From assembly GCA_034530615.2 (NCBI GenBank), contig JAVRCV020000041.1, forward strand, positions 96,001 to 160,000: 64,000 bases of DNA. The letters run 5' to 3'. This document shows, one piece after another, positions 18,819-29,890 of this stretch. Each line of letters starts with the position of its first letter. Position 1 is the first letter of the stretch. A program made the position numbers and the translations under genes. The notes below the pieces were generated by a model. It had not been told where the DNA came from, made no database searches, and saw only the letters and a program-made list of their open reading frames with translations. The stretch is from Aulosira sp. ZfuVER01 (GTDB taxonomy: Bacteria > Cyanobacteriota > Cyanobacteriia > Cyanobacteriales > Nostocaceae).

Positions 18819-19682
18819 ATGCAACTAATGTCAAAAAACTTTTTAACAAATCCAACTTTATCTGATAGCACGTTCATACTGTTGCGTGACTTAATTCACG
18901 AACGCATCGGTATTCACTATGAAAACTCTATGCGCGATTTGTTCGCAGAAAAGCTTTCACCCAGAGTGAGTGCTTGTAGTTTGGATTCATTTTTAGACTA
19001 CTACTACTTGCTGAAATATGACTCAGCAGGGGCATCAGAGTGGAAGCACTTAATGGATGCTATTTCAGTTCAGGAAACTTTTTTCTGGCGGGAGATGGAT
19101 CAGGTGCGGGCGCTGGTGGATGTGTTGGTACCCCAACATTTTGCTAGAAATCCGTTAGAGCCACTGCGGATTTGGAGTGCTGCTTGCGCTACTGGGGAAG
19201 AACCACTGACGATCGCTATGGCTTTGAATGAAGCAGGCTGGTTTGAGCGGGCACCGATTGAAATTTACGCCAGTGATGCTAGCCCAAAAGCGATCGCTAA
19301 AGCAAAAGAGGGTGTATACCAGCAGCGTTCTTTTCGGAATTTATCACTCACCTTGCAGGCAAAATACTTCCAGGAAGTACAGCACGGCTGGCGAGTGATG
19401 CCAGAACTCCATTCGCGAATTCAGTGGCAGATAGCAAATTTGATGCTACCAGATGAAATTAAGCATTTAGCCACCGCATCGGTGATATTTTGCCGAAATG
19501 TATTTATTTACTTTTCAGAAAAAACGATCGGTCAAACAGTGCGCTTGTTTTTTGAGGCGATGCCAACACCAGGATATTTATGTATTGCCGCCTCAGAGTC
19601 CCTCTTGAAGCTAACAACTGATTTTGAATTGCAAGAGATAGGAGGTGCATTTGTATATGTAAAACCGGAGCGAGCAAAGTAG
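18819..19682 (+). CDS. cheR: CheR protein-glutamate methyltransferase
   Basis: ETFFWRE, IWSAACATGEEP, VIFCRNVFIYF. Confidence 0.93.
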   Translation: MQLMSKNFLTNPTLSDSTFILLRDLIHERIGIHYENSMRDLFAEKLSPRVSACSLDSFLDYYYLLKYDSAGASEWKHLMDAISVQETFFWREMDQVRALVDVLVPQHFARNPLEPLRIWSAACATGEEPLTIAMALNEAGWFERAPIEIYASDASPKAIAKAKEGVYQQRSFRNLSLTLQAKYFQEVQHGWRVMPELHSRIQWQIANLMLPDEIKHLATASVIFCRNVFIYFSEKTIGQTVRLFFEAMPTPGYLCIAASESLLKLTTDFELQEIGGAFVYVKPERAK

Positions 19683-19709
19683 AGCTCGGAGTAAAAAATC
19701 AAGAAGATC

Positions 19710-20756
19710 ATGGAGAAAGTAGTTCGTGTTTTGGTAGTAGATGATTCTGCCTACATCCGCAAGGTAATCAAGCAGATGTTATCCCGCAACCCGTTGATTG
19801 AAGTTGTGGGCATTGCTCGTGATGGCAAGGAAGCTTTGGAATTGGTAGAGCAACTTCATCCTGATGTGGTGACAACGGACTTAATTATGCCCACTATGAA
19901 CGGGGTGGAGTTCTTACGCGAGCAAATGAAGCGGTGTCCAGTGCCAACGATCGTTGTCAGCATTACCGACGAGAATACTGAAATGGCGCTGGAGGCACTT
20001 GATGCTGGGGCAGTTGATTTTGTGCAGAAGCCAACTGCACTGGCAACAGAAAAAGTCTTAGAAATCAGTGACGAGTTGATCCAAAAAGTACAAGCTGCTA
20101 CCAATGTGCGCTTGCCAAAGCTAGCAACTATACCGACATCTCGTGCAACAGTTTCACCTTTGGTACGTACACGCAACAAATTAAGGGCGGTGGATATTGT
20201 CGTCATTGGAATTTCCACTGGTGGCCCCCAAGCTCTCAATTTTTTGATTCCCCAGTTGCCGCAAAATCTGAGCGTGCCTGTGGCGATTGTCTTGCACATG
20301 CCAGTTGGTTATACGCAAATGTATGCCGACAGGCTAAATGAGATTTCGCCACTCAAAGTAATAGAGGCACAGGAAGGAGATGTAGTAGAAGCAGGTGTGG
20401 TGTTAATTGCTCCTGCCGGACGGCATCTGAGCTTCATCCGTCAAGCTAATGGCACCGTAGTCACCCATCTAGATTTCCGTCCCTTCGATATGTTGCATCG
20501 TCCGGCGGTGGATGTATTGTTTCAATCGACAGCAGAAGTGTTTGGCGATCGCGTCTTGGGTGTAGTGATGACTGGCATGGGGTCAGATGGCAAAAAAGGT
20601 GCAGCTTGGATCAAAGCCCAAGGAGGCTTGATATTTACTGAAGCTGAGTCAACCTGCGTCGTCTATGGTATGCCGCGATCGGTAGACGAAGCAGACTTGA
20701 GTGACAAAAGCGTGCCGCTCAACCAAATGGCAACAGCAATTCTGGAGGTGCTGTGA
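19710..20756 (+). CDS. cheB: CheB methylesterase with receiver domain
   Basis: N-terminal REC; GISTGGP, VLHMP, MTGMGSDG (Ser-His-Asp triad present). Confidence 0.95.
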   Translation: MEKVVRVLVVDDSAYIRKVIKQMLSRNPLIEVVGIARDGKEALELVEQLHPDVVTTDLIMPTMNGVEFLREQMKRCPVPTIVVSITDENTEMALEALDAGAVDFVQKPTALATEKVLEISDELIQKVQAATNVRLPKLATIPTSRATVSPLVRTRNKLRAVDIVVIGISTGGPQALNFLIPQLPQNLSVPVAIVLHMPVGYTQMYADRLNEISPLKVIEAQEGDVVEAGVVLIAPAGRHLSFIRQANGTVVTHLDFRPFDMLHRPAVDVLFQSTAEVFGDRVLGVVMTGMGSDGKKGAAWIKAQGGLIFTEAESTCVVYGMPRSVDEADLSDKSVPLNQMATAILEVL

Positions 20757-21121
20757 TGGCGAAAATTTTGATAGTGGATGATTCTAGCCTATCCCGCCGC
20801 ATGATGCGGGGAATCTTGCAATCAAGCGGGCATGAAGTGATTGAGGCGACCGATGGCATCGCTGCGATCGAAAATTATTTTCTGGAAAAACCCGATTTGG
20901 TCTTGCTCGATCTAGTGATGACCGGAATGCAGGGAGAAGAAGTACTAGAAAAATTACGCCAAATGGATGAAAATGCCAGGGTAATTGTCGCTAGTGCCGA
21001 TATTCAGACTTTTACACACACAATGGTTGAGAAAGCAGGGGCGGTAGGCTTTATTAACAAACCATTTGTGGCTGCTAATGTACTCAACACCGTGAATGCA
21101 GTGCTACAAGGAGAGTCGTAA
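20756..21121 (+). CDS. Second CheY-like response regulator
   Basis: ILIVDDS, LLDLVM, KPF; TGATG overlap with the cheB stop; GGAGG RBS. Confidence 0.85.
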   Translation: MAKILIVDDSSLSRRMMRGILQSSGHEVIEATDGIAAIENYFLEKPDLVLLDLVMTGMQGEEVLEKLRQMDENARVIVASADIQTFTHTMVEKAGAVGFINKPFVAANVLNTVNAVLQGES

Positions 21122-21747
21122 TGGTACTGACAGATGAACAAAAGGATGCATTAACTGAATTAATTAACATTGGCTTCTCACGCACTGCCTCTTCACTCTC
21201 AGAACTAACAGGCTACCGAGTGATGCTGGACGTACCCCAGATTTCCATTCATCCGATTCGAGAATTAGCTCCGAAGCTAGCCACTTTTGTGCAAGGTGAA
21301 GTTGCTACGGTACAGCAGATTTTCAAGGGACCTGTATCAGGCAACGCCTTATTGCTGTTGAACTATGAGGGAGCCGTGACGCTTACAGATTTATTCACAC
21401 CAGAGAACAACCTGCGTACCCATCGCCTGGATGCCGCAGCTAGCGAAGTACTGACCGAAGTTGGAAATATTCTGTTGAACGCTTGTCTGGGAATTTTTGG
21501 TAATCTGCTAGAAATTCAAATTTCTTTCTCAGTACCGCGTTTGCATCTGGAAGCGCTAGATGGACTGCTCAACTCCCTTGTCATTGGTAAGGAAGAATTG
21601 CGTTACGCGATGGTGATTTATACAGCCTTTCACATCCGAGAAAACTCGGTGAGTGGATATTTAGTCATGGTGTTGGGCGTTGCCTCCCTAGAGTGCTTGA
21701 TTCAGGCCGTAGACAGATGGGCAAACGTACCAATTTACAACGGATAA
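21121..21747 (+). CDS. cheC: CheC-like phosphatase
   Basis: Two E-x-x-N motifs (DALTELINIG, EVLTEVGNI); TAATG overlap with the upstream gene. Confidence 0.85.
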   Translation: MVLTDEQKDALTELINIGFSRTASSLSELTGYRVMLDVPQISIHPIRELAPKLATFVQGEVATVQQIFKGPVSGNALLLLNYEGAVTLTDLFTPENNLRTHRLDAAASEVLTEVGNILLNACLGIFGNLLEIQISFSVPRLHLEALDGLLNSLVIGKEELRYAMVIYTAFHIRENSVSGYLVMVLGVASLECLIQAVDRWANVPIYNG

Positions 21748-21750
21748 ATT

Positions 21751-23721
21751 ATGGAGAGCTTGAGTCAGGTCGTACAACAAAACGAAATCATGCTGCACTG
21801 GCTGAATGACCTTGCAGACCAGGGTATCTTGATTACGGATACTGAATTGAAGATTCGGAGTTGGAACCATTGGTTGGAAATCCACACCGGGTTAAGCAGT
21901 ATAGAAATCATTGGGCGCAATTTACTAGAAGTCTATCCAGAACTTACCCAGCGTCGATTAGATCGTTTTTATCATCAAGCATTAAACGGTCAAGTCGTGG
22001 TACTCTCGCAACGCTTACATGGTTATCTACTCCCGATTCCATCAAGGATCGACAACGGCATATCACCGTATATGCTACAAAGTGTACGCATTGCACCTTT
22101 AATAGAAAACGGTTGCTGCATCGGCACAACTACTGTGATTGGTGATGTAACTGAACGGGTAATACAAGAGGCAGAACTACAACACCAAATTGAGGTACTA
22201 AAACGCGCAGAAGAGCAACTACAAGAACAAGCTGCCCTGCTCAACATTGCCACAGACGCGATTATCGTTCAAGATTTAAAAAACCAAATTGTATTCTGGA
22301 ACAAAAGTGCCGAGCAGTTGTATGGTTGGACAGCCGAGGAAGCCCTAGGCAAGCAAGCTAATCAGCTTTTATACCAAACAACTTCACCTCAACTCAAAGA
22401 TGCTCTGCTCAACATTACCCAGAAACAGGAGTGGCAAGGCGAACTGCGTCAAGTGACAAAAGACGGCAGGGAAGTCATCGTTGAAAGCCGTTGGACAATT
22501 GTACCTGACTCGCAAAAAAACCCAAAATCAATACTTGTTGTTAATACCGACATTACCCAGAAAAAACAACTTGAAGCCCAGTTTCTGCGTATCCAACGAA
22601 TGGATAGCATTGGTACCCTTGCTGGTGGTATTGCACACGACCTCAACAATCTGCTAACACCAATTCTGACAGCCGCTCAACTTCTACAAAAGCAAGTTTA
22701 TCCTGATAACAAGCACCAGCATTTGTTATCAATGATCGAAACCAGCGCTAAACGTGGAGCTAATTTAGTCAAGCAAGTGCTATCTTTTGCACGAGGAATT
22801 GAAGGAAAGCATACAGCTATTCTGGTAGGCGATTTAATTTCGGAAATTCGGCAAATTGTCCAAGCAACATTTCCTAAGCCAATTCAAGTTTACATTGGTG
22901 AGATTCCCAAAAATCTTTTGCCTATTTCTGGAGATTTTACGCAACTGAGTCAGGTTTTTATGAACCTGTGTGTAAATGCTCGCGATGCTATGCCCGATGG
23001 CGGTATTCTGACTATCTGTGCAGAAAATATTTTCATTGATGAAAATTATGCTCGGATGAATATTGAAGCTAAAATTGGTTTTCACGTTGCCATTACTATT
23101 TCAGATACAGGATCTGGTATTTCTCCCACAATAATAGATAGAATTTTTGAACCATTTTTTACGAGCAAAGAGTTTGGACAAGGTGCAGGGCTTGGTCTTT
23201 CAACTGCAATTGGGATTGTCAAAAGTCATGGTGGTTTTGTAAATGTACGCAGCGAAGTGGGAAAAGGAACCGAATTTAAGGTGTTCTTACCAGCAGCACC
23301 GGAATTCCAAACGCCGCCACTAGATGACTTAGATCTGGTAAAAGGGCATAGAGAATTGATCTTAGTTGTGGATGACGAAACCTCAATTCTAGAAACTACA
23401 AAAATATCGCTGGAAGCTAATAACTATAGGGTGCTAATAGCCCACGATGGAATTCAAGCGATCGCACTGTATGCCCAGCATCAACATAAAATTAGTATAG
23501 TGTTGATGGATATGATGATGCCCTCAATAGACGGTCTGACAACCATTCGGACGTTGCAAAAAATTAATCCGCAGGTCAAAATTATTGCCTCTAGCGGATT
23601 CGCTTCCAGTTCAATGAAAGCTGAAGTTACTAACCAGGGCATTAAAACATTTTTGTCGAAGCCTTACACTATGCAAGAATTATTGTCAAGCATTAGTGGA
23701 GTTTTGAGTTGTCAAGGCTAA
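21751..23721 (+). CDS. PAS-PAS hybrid histidine kinase with C-terminal receiver
   Basis: Two PAS domains, GIAHDLNN H-box, NLCVNARDAM, GAGLGL, C-terminal ILVVDD..DMMMP..KP. Confidence 0.92.
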   Translation: MESLSQVVQQNEIMLHWLNDLADQGILITDTELKIRSWNHWLEIHTGLSSIEIIGRNLLEVYPELTQRRLDRFYHQALNGQVVVLSQRLHGYLLPIPSRIDNGISPYMLQSVRIAPLIENGCCIGTTTVIGDVTERVIQEAELQHQIEVLKRAEEQLQEQAALLNIATDAIIVQDLKNQIVFWNKSAEQLYGWTAEEALGKQANQLLYQTTSPQLKDALLNITQKQEWQGELRQVTKDGREVIVESRWTIVPDSQKNPKSILVVNTDITQKKQLEAQFLRIQRMDSIGTLAGGIAHDLNNLLTPILTAAQLLQKQVYPDNKHQHLLSMIETSAKRGANLVKQVLSFARGIEGKHTAILVGDLISEIRQIVQATFPKPIQVYIGEIPKNLLPISGDFTQLSQVFMNLCVNARDAMPDGGILTICAENIFIDENYARMNIEAKIGFHVAITISDTGSGISPTIIDRIFEPFFTSKEFGQGAGLGLSTAIGIVKSHGGFVNVRSEVGKGTEFKVFLPAAPEFQTPPLDDLDLVKGHRELILVVDDETSILETTKISLEANNYRVLIAHDGIQAIALYAQHQHKISIVLMDMMMPSIDGLTTIRTLQKINPQVKIIASSGFASSSMKAEVTNQGIKTFLSKPYTMQELLSSISGVLSCQG

Positions 23722-24287
23722 GATATTGTTTGGTTAAAGACTATAAAATAGCCAGTTTTGCAGTTGGAAGACAAATCTTCTCACTAGTATCAGTAGTAAG
23801 TTTGAGTTCCCAATCTTGAACTCAAAGTTTTCTTGCTGAGTACGGAGATTTATTACCTCTACTAGCTAACGTCTACATAGAGTTCAGTCGTAGCAGATTA
23901 TATTTACGCCATCCGATCTAAAATCCTGTTTATCATCCCTAGGTAAAAAATAGGTATAAGCATATATCTTGCATTAAGTTATTTATGTAACAAATTTTTG
24001 ATATTGGCTGTAAGGCTCTACTTATCGTAGCATCCCACCTATTCATGGCATTGAAAGGATGAAGTTGACAATAATTACAGTATTTTTACTGATAAAGGCT
24101 AAATAAATAGCAGCAAAAGTCATCTTTTGAGCTATGTGCTAGAAATTACGCGGAAATTCATAATTTTGACTAGCAACAACCTTATAGTTGAAGCATAATA
24201 AATAATCTGGAGTGACAATATTGCCTTCAGTCGGGTGTATACTACTTACTTTCCTACGGCTAATAAATTTGTAAACGTGCTATTTAA

Positions 24288-25199
<912 letters not shown>

Positions 25200-25280
25200 A
25201 TAAATTAGATCGAGGTTCAAGGGACAAGAGTCAAGGATGATAGTTATTTCTTCCTTGCCCCTCTCATCCCCCTGTTCCCC

Positions 25281-25340
25281 TTCGGGTTCGCCACTTTGCC
25301 ATCGTGACGGGAACCGCCAAGACGGCAAGTAGACTCACCT
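25281..25340 (+). repeat. SDR-like hairpin repeat, divergent copy
   Basis: TTCGGGTTCGCCACTT...CTCACCT flanks shared with the 44772 copy. Confidence 0.55.
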
Positions 25341-25369
25341 GCTCCCTGCTCTCTGCTTGAGAGCGTCAA

Positions 25370-26011
25370 TTATGGTTGTGTAGGAATTGGCACTGCTTCA
25401 AAAGTAGGGCGAAATTCAGTTGCGCTTCCGGGAACTTGCGGTAAAGCTGAAGGTGTAAAGGTACTAACTGTGTCACTGCCACTGATACAAGTATCTAGTG
25501 CTTGATTGAGAGCAAACTTAATTTCACTGCGCAAGCCTACCACGCACTGACCAAAGCGGACGGGTAACAAACTCCGACCGCAGTAATTTAAAATTGCTGG
25601 GTTAGGTGGCTCTTTACTGGGAATAAGGCTAATACCAATTACACAGCTAGCTAACTCTTCAGGTCGTCGAGCCTGTCTACAGGTAGTGAGAGCATCTACA
25701 GCGCTGATTTGTGTCCTTCTGCTAATTGAAACTACACAAGAAGACAAATCCCGTGGACGGAGTGCGCCTGCACAAGCTTGTGATGCAGAGTTTGCATTAA
25801 TATTTACACGCAAGAGCTGACCAGCACAGGCACGGTAATCATTGTTGCTGTAGGAGGCGGTGATAGCCATAGTGGGAACTATCGTTGCCAACCATCCGGC
25901 GATCGCTAAAACTGGCACTGTCACCTTAACTGCTTTAGCCGACAACATTTTATAGTTAGAACCACCTTTTTTGCTCATCGATTTTTGCTCCTTAACATTA
26001 CCGTTCTCCAA
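25370..26011 (-). CDS. Putative secreted Cys-repeat hypothetical protein
   Basis: Signal-like hydrophobic segment and repeated C..(A/R)..P..L..CV units; start codon uncertain. Confidence 0.7.
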   Translation of the reverse strand: MENGNVKEQKSMSKKGGSNYKMLSAKAVKVTVPVLAIAGWLATIVPTMAITASYSNNDYRACAGQLLRVNINANSASQACAGALRPRDLSSCVVSISRRTQISAVDALTTCRQARRPEELASCVIGISLIPSKEPPNPAILNYCGRSLLPVRFGQCVVGLRSEIKFALNQALDTCISGSDTVSTFTPSALPQVPGSATEFRPTFEAVPIPTQP

Positions 26012-26436
26012 ACACCCAAGGCTATGCTAACTCAATAAGTGCAACCAATCTTCTCTATCTAGGCAATTTTAGCGACATAGTTGAGGATAACTCAGGTTAT
26101 TTGTCATTTGTCAATTGTTATTTATCTCCCTCATCCCTCTTGTCCCTCCGAAGTTTTGATGCCTGCGGCAACCCCTCTGGTGTACGGAGGAAGCCTCCGC
26201 TCAGACTTTTCTCCTTGTCCCCCTGCCTCTTTGTCGGGGATCAAAACCCCTGTAGGAGGATTTCTCATGTTTTGATATGCTACGATATTTTGATCGAAGA
26301 TAAGTAGACAACGTAAAAAGTATTTCTTGGTTGAAATACTGCGTGAACCAATCTAGCGATTGAGTAGTCTACGAAACTAGGAAACAAAAAACTAATGGCA
26401 TCGAGTACCTAGGGACACTGGGGAATTTATGCTTGG

Positions 26437-26526
26437 GAGCCAGTGCGTTGGGGAGGCAGTGCGTTGCGCGGGTTCGCCGCGTTGAAGCAACTGCCGTCGG
26501 TTATACCGACTTAAAGCAACTGGCGT
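26437..26526 (-). repeat. Nested SDR-like repeat (one copy inside another)
   Basis: Minus strand ACGCCAGTTGCTTT..CCG[ACGGCAGTTGCTTCAACGCGGCGAACCCGCGCAACGCACTGCCTC]CCCAACGCACTGGCTC. Confidence 0.65.
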
Positions 26527-26587
26527 GGAGAAGATACCTCTACTCTGGTTGAATCAATTCTGCTGGAGGAGGCATTTTCGTAGAACC

Positions 26588-26652
26588 AAGAATCCTCCGA
26601 CTTGACAAACAAATCAGCGATCGCGTTATTTGTTCAGTCGGGGGAGTGTCAA
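26588..26652 (+). mobile_element. Probable IS200/IS605-type right-end remnant hairpin
   Basis: AAGAATCCTCCGACT...AGTCGGGGGAGTGTCAA, a subterminal hairpin ending in TCAA; no transposase nearby. Confidence 0.5.
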
Positions 26653-26700
26653 AATGGAATGTCTGGGTAAAGTTGAAACAGGATTAGATTAAGGAAACAC

Positions 26701-27309
26701 ATGTCCCGATATAGAGGGCCTCGCCTCAGAATTGTACGTCGCTTGGGCGACCTACCAGGATTAACTCGTAAAAGCGCTAGACGCGCTTATCCACCTGGTC
26801 AGCATGGTCAGAACCGCAAAAAGCGTTCTGAGTATGCTATCCGTCTAGAAGAAAAGCAAAAGCTGCGCTTAAACTACGGTCTGACCGAGAAGCAACTGCT
26901 ACGCTATGTCCGTAAAGCCAGACGTGTGACTGGTTCTACCGGACAAGTGCTGTTGCAACTTCTAGAAATGCGCCTAGATAATACGGTTTTCCGCTTGGGT
27001 CTAGCTCCGACTATTCCCGCAGCGCGGCAACTAGTGAATCATGGTCATATCACTGTGAACGGACGTGTAGTTAATATTGCTAGCTATCAGTGCCGTCCTG
27101 GTGAAGTCATCGCTGTCAAGGATAAAGAAGCATCGCGGAAGTTGGTAGAAACCAACCTCCAATATCCTGGACTAGCTAACCTCCCCAGTCATCTGGAGTT
27201 TGATAAAGCCAAGCTGGTTGGTAAAGTCAACGGTGTTATTGAAAGAGAATGGGTGGCACTACAAGTTAACGAACTGCTCGTGGTGGAATACTACTCACGG
27301 CAAGCGTAA
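26701..27309 (+). CDS. rpsD: 30S ribosomal protein S4
   Basis: [32 protein letters not shown]. Confidence 0.99.
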   Translation: MSRYRGPRLRIVRRLGDLPGLTRKSARRAYPPGQHGQNRKKRSEYAIRLEEKQKLRLNYGLTEKQLLRYVRKARRVTGSTGQVLLQLLEMRLDNTVFRLGLAPTIPAARQLVNHGHITVNGRVVNIASYQCRPGEVIAVKDKEASRKLVETNLQYPGLANLPSHLEFDKAKLVGKVNGVIEREWVALQVNELLVVEYYSRQA

Positions 27310-27313
27310 GAGA

Positions 27314-27381
27314 GTGCTGAGTGTTGAGTACCGAGTACTGAGTTTTGATTACTCAGGACTCAGGACTCATTACTCAGAACT
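27314..27381. repeat. Inverted heptamer arrays between convergent rpsD and moaA (possible terminator)
   Basis: (GTGCTGA/GTACTGA)n facing (ACTCAGG/ACTCAG)n. Confidence 0.6.
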
Positions 27382-27385
27382 AAAT

Positions 27386-28372
27386 TCATCCGCCAATTTG
27401 TGACATAGTACGGGTATATGTACCCGCAGTGCCAGATTCGCGTTGTTTAAAATTAATTTCTGGCTTCATCGTTAGTAAATTTCTTACCTGCTCTTGTAAT
27501 TGTGCGGTGCTGATACCAGCCCTGAGAGCAGTTTTTAAATCAATTTGACCAGTTTCATTTAATAAACAGGGACGCAGCCAACCGTCAGCGCTCAGACGCA
27601 TCCGATTACAGCGATCGCAAAAACACTCGGACATCTGACTGATAAATCCCAGTGTTCCCTTGGCTTGGGGAATTTGAAATACATCGGCAGGCCCAGCACC
27701 ACGAACTTGAGAATCTGTCAATCCCCAGCGATCGCGGATTTGTTGCCGTAATTGTGCGGAAGAAACCCAACCGCGATCGCCAAATAATTGCTCGTTACCA
27801 ATCGGCATAAACTCAATAAACCGGACGTGCCAGTTGCGGTCAAGGGTTAGGGCAGCTAAATCTAGCACTTCATGGTCATTCACCCCCGGAATTACCACTA
27901 CATTCAGCTTCAGTGGGTCGAAGCCGACACGATAGGCTGCTTGAATCCCATCCCATACTTGTTGCCATCGTCCACGACCGCGATTGCCGATAATTTGCTC
28001 AAATGTATCTGCTTCCAAAGAGTCCAGGCTAATATTGATGCGCCGCAACCCAGCATCGTAGAGATTTTGGGCGATGGGGGCCAATAAAAACCCGTTGGTT
28101 GTCATTGACAAATCTTGGGTTTGGGGAAAAGATGCGATCGCCCCGACTAATTTCACCACATGGGGACGCAGTAAAGGTTCCCCACCAGTTAAACGAAATC
28201 GGGTAAAACCTACAGGGATAAATACTTCTTGAATCAGGGTGAGGAGTTCCTCATCTGTGAGAAGTTGTTGCTTGAGAATATAGTCTACTTCTGCACCTTC
28301 CGGCATACAGTATTGACATCGGAAATTGCAGCGGTCGATTAAGCTAATCCTGAGGTAATCTACCTGGTTCAT
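27386..28372 (-). CDS. moaA: GTP 3',8-cyclase MoaA
   Basis: [17 protein letters not shown] radical-SAM motif, FCDRCNR, C-terminal MSQIGG. Confidence 0.97.
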   Translation of the reverse strand: MNQVDYLRISLIDRCNFRCQYCMPEGAEVDYILKQQLLTDEELLTLIQEVFIPVGFTRFRLTGGEPLLRPHVVKLVGAIASFPQTQDLSMTTNGFLLAPIAQNLYDAGLRRINISLDSLEADTFEQIIGNRGRGRWQQVWDGIQAAYRVGFDPLKLNVVVIPGVNDHEVLDLAALTLDRNWHVRFIEFMPIGNEQLFGDRGWVSSAQLRQQIRDRWGLTDSQVRGAGPADVFQIPQAKGTLGFISQMSECFCDRCNRMRLSADGWLRPCLLNETGQIDLKTALRAGISTAQLQEQVRNLLTMKPEINFKQRESGTAGTYTRTMSQIGG

Positions 28373-28634
28373 TTTTTTGTGTTTATTTCTATTCTATTTT
28401 TGTATCCGGGTAGTAACCGGATAGCAGGCGATCGCCTTTGTAAAAAATGGGTATATCCAAAATGCCCACAAGCAACTAGAATGGGGTATTCTTTTAGCGT
28501 CTTCAGTAATTACTATATGCTTTTAGTATTTCATTGGATTAAATGCATACAGTCAATTCCTCTGAGTTAATCTTTTACATCAATCAAATTTTAAACCCAG
28601 CGAATTTTTAACAATAATGTTGAGGAATTACTAG

Positions 28635-29420
28635 ATGGTAGTAAAAATACAACCTAGAAAAAATATAAAACAATTTTCGATTTCGCGCTGTTTTGCCGTA
28701 ATGCTGCTCTTGGGTCAAGTTTTGCTTCATATACTCCAAGGAAAAACTTATCACCGAAAAATTCTAGAACACATGGTGACTGCTGGGCCTGCTTCTTTGC
28801 CTCCAGTTCTCCTGGTTAGTGGTTTTGCCGGGATGATTTTTACTATTCAAACAGCCAGAGAATTAGTACAATTTGGGGCTGTAAATGCTGTAGGTGGTGC
28901 TTTTGCCTTAGCTTTTTGCAGAGAATTGGCTCCCATATTGTCTGCTAGTATTATTGCTGGTCAAGTAGGTTCAGCGTTTGCAGCAGAGATAGGTGCAATG
29001 CGAGTCACAGACCAGATTGATGCACTGCATATGCTCAGAACAGATCCGATTGATTATTTAGTACTTCCGAGAGTCATTGCTTGCTGCTTGATGACTCCAT
29101 TATTGACAATTTTTGGTTTAGTTACAGGTATCATCGGTGGAATTTTTGCCGCATCACAGTTTTATCAAGTTCCTCCAGAGGCATTTTTAGAGTCAGTCAG
29201 AAGTTTTTTAGAACCATCAGATTTATGGATTGTTTTGCTCAAAGGGTTTATTTTTGGAGCTATAGTTGCTGTCAATGGTTGTAGTTGGGGGCTAACTACT
29301 AGAGGAGGAGCAAAAGAAGTAGGAGAGTCAGCAACAACAGCAGTTGTCACCACCTGGGTAGCAATTTTTATGATGGATTTCTTTTTATCTTTATTACTAT
29401 TTGAAAAGCCTACATTTTAA
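28635..29420 (+). CDS. mlaE: MlaE family lipid ABC transporter permease
   Basis: RELAP, GSAFAAEIGAMRVTDQIDAL, GGAKEVG. Confidence 0.9.
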   Translation: MVVKIQPRKNIKQFSISRCFAVMLLLGQVLLHILQGKTYHRKILEHMVTAGPASLPPVLLVSGFAGMIFTIQTARELVQFGAVNAVGGAFALAFCRELAPILSASIIAGQVGSAFAAEIGAMRVTDQIDALHMLRTDPIDYLVLPRVIACCLMTPLLTIFGLVTGIIGGIFAASQFYQVPPEAFLESVRSFLEPSDLWIVLLKGFIFGAIVAVNGCSWGLTTRGGAKEVGESATTAVVTTWVAIFMMDFFLSLLLFEKPTF

Positions 29421-29479
29421 AACTATTTTGTTATCTCTCCCAGAGTTTTTACATAAATTGCGTTACCATCGCTTGCTTT

Positions 29480-29668
29480 TCACACCGACTCATTCGTTCG
29501 TGTGGGTATTGGCTTTTCTTGAGACTTGGACGCAAGATAGGCCACCGTACCAATTCCAGCCATTCCCCCGCCTATGGCATACATAATATTCTTATTCAAG
29601 TATTGAGAGCCGAGGTAGCCAAAAGTAATTGCCACAACTATTGTGACAATCATTTGAGGTATTTTCAT
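29480..29668 (-). CDS. Small two-TM membrane protein, hypothetical
   Basis: 62 aa from ATG 29668 with an AAAGGA RBS; two hydrophobic segments. Confidence 0.5.
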   Translation of the reverse strand: MKIPQMIVTIVVAITFGYLGSQYLNKNIMYAIGGGMAGIGTVAYLASKSQEKPIPTRTNESV

Positions 29669-29890
29669 AAAATGCCGTCCTTTGATTAATGCTCTTGTCG
29701 ATGCAGATAGTGAGAAATTTGTTGTTCTACTATGTACATTCATTCATCTGAGTGGTCACATAGTAAACTTTCACCAGAGCTTACACTACAATCTACAGAG
29801 AGAGAATCATATATTCTTGGGTAGAAAAACAAGAGCGATCGCTTCTCAAACAGACCTCATTAAAGGTAACGCTAGAGCTTTTCTGTACAC

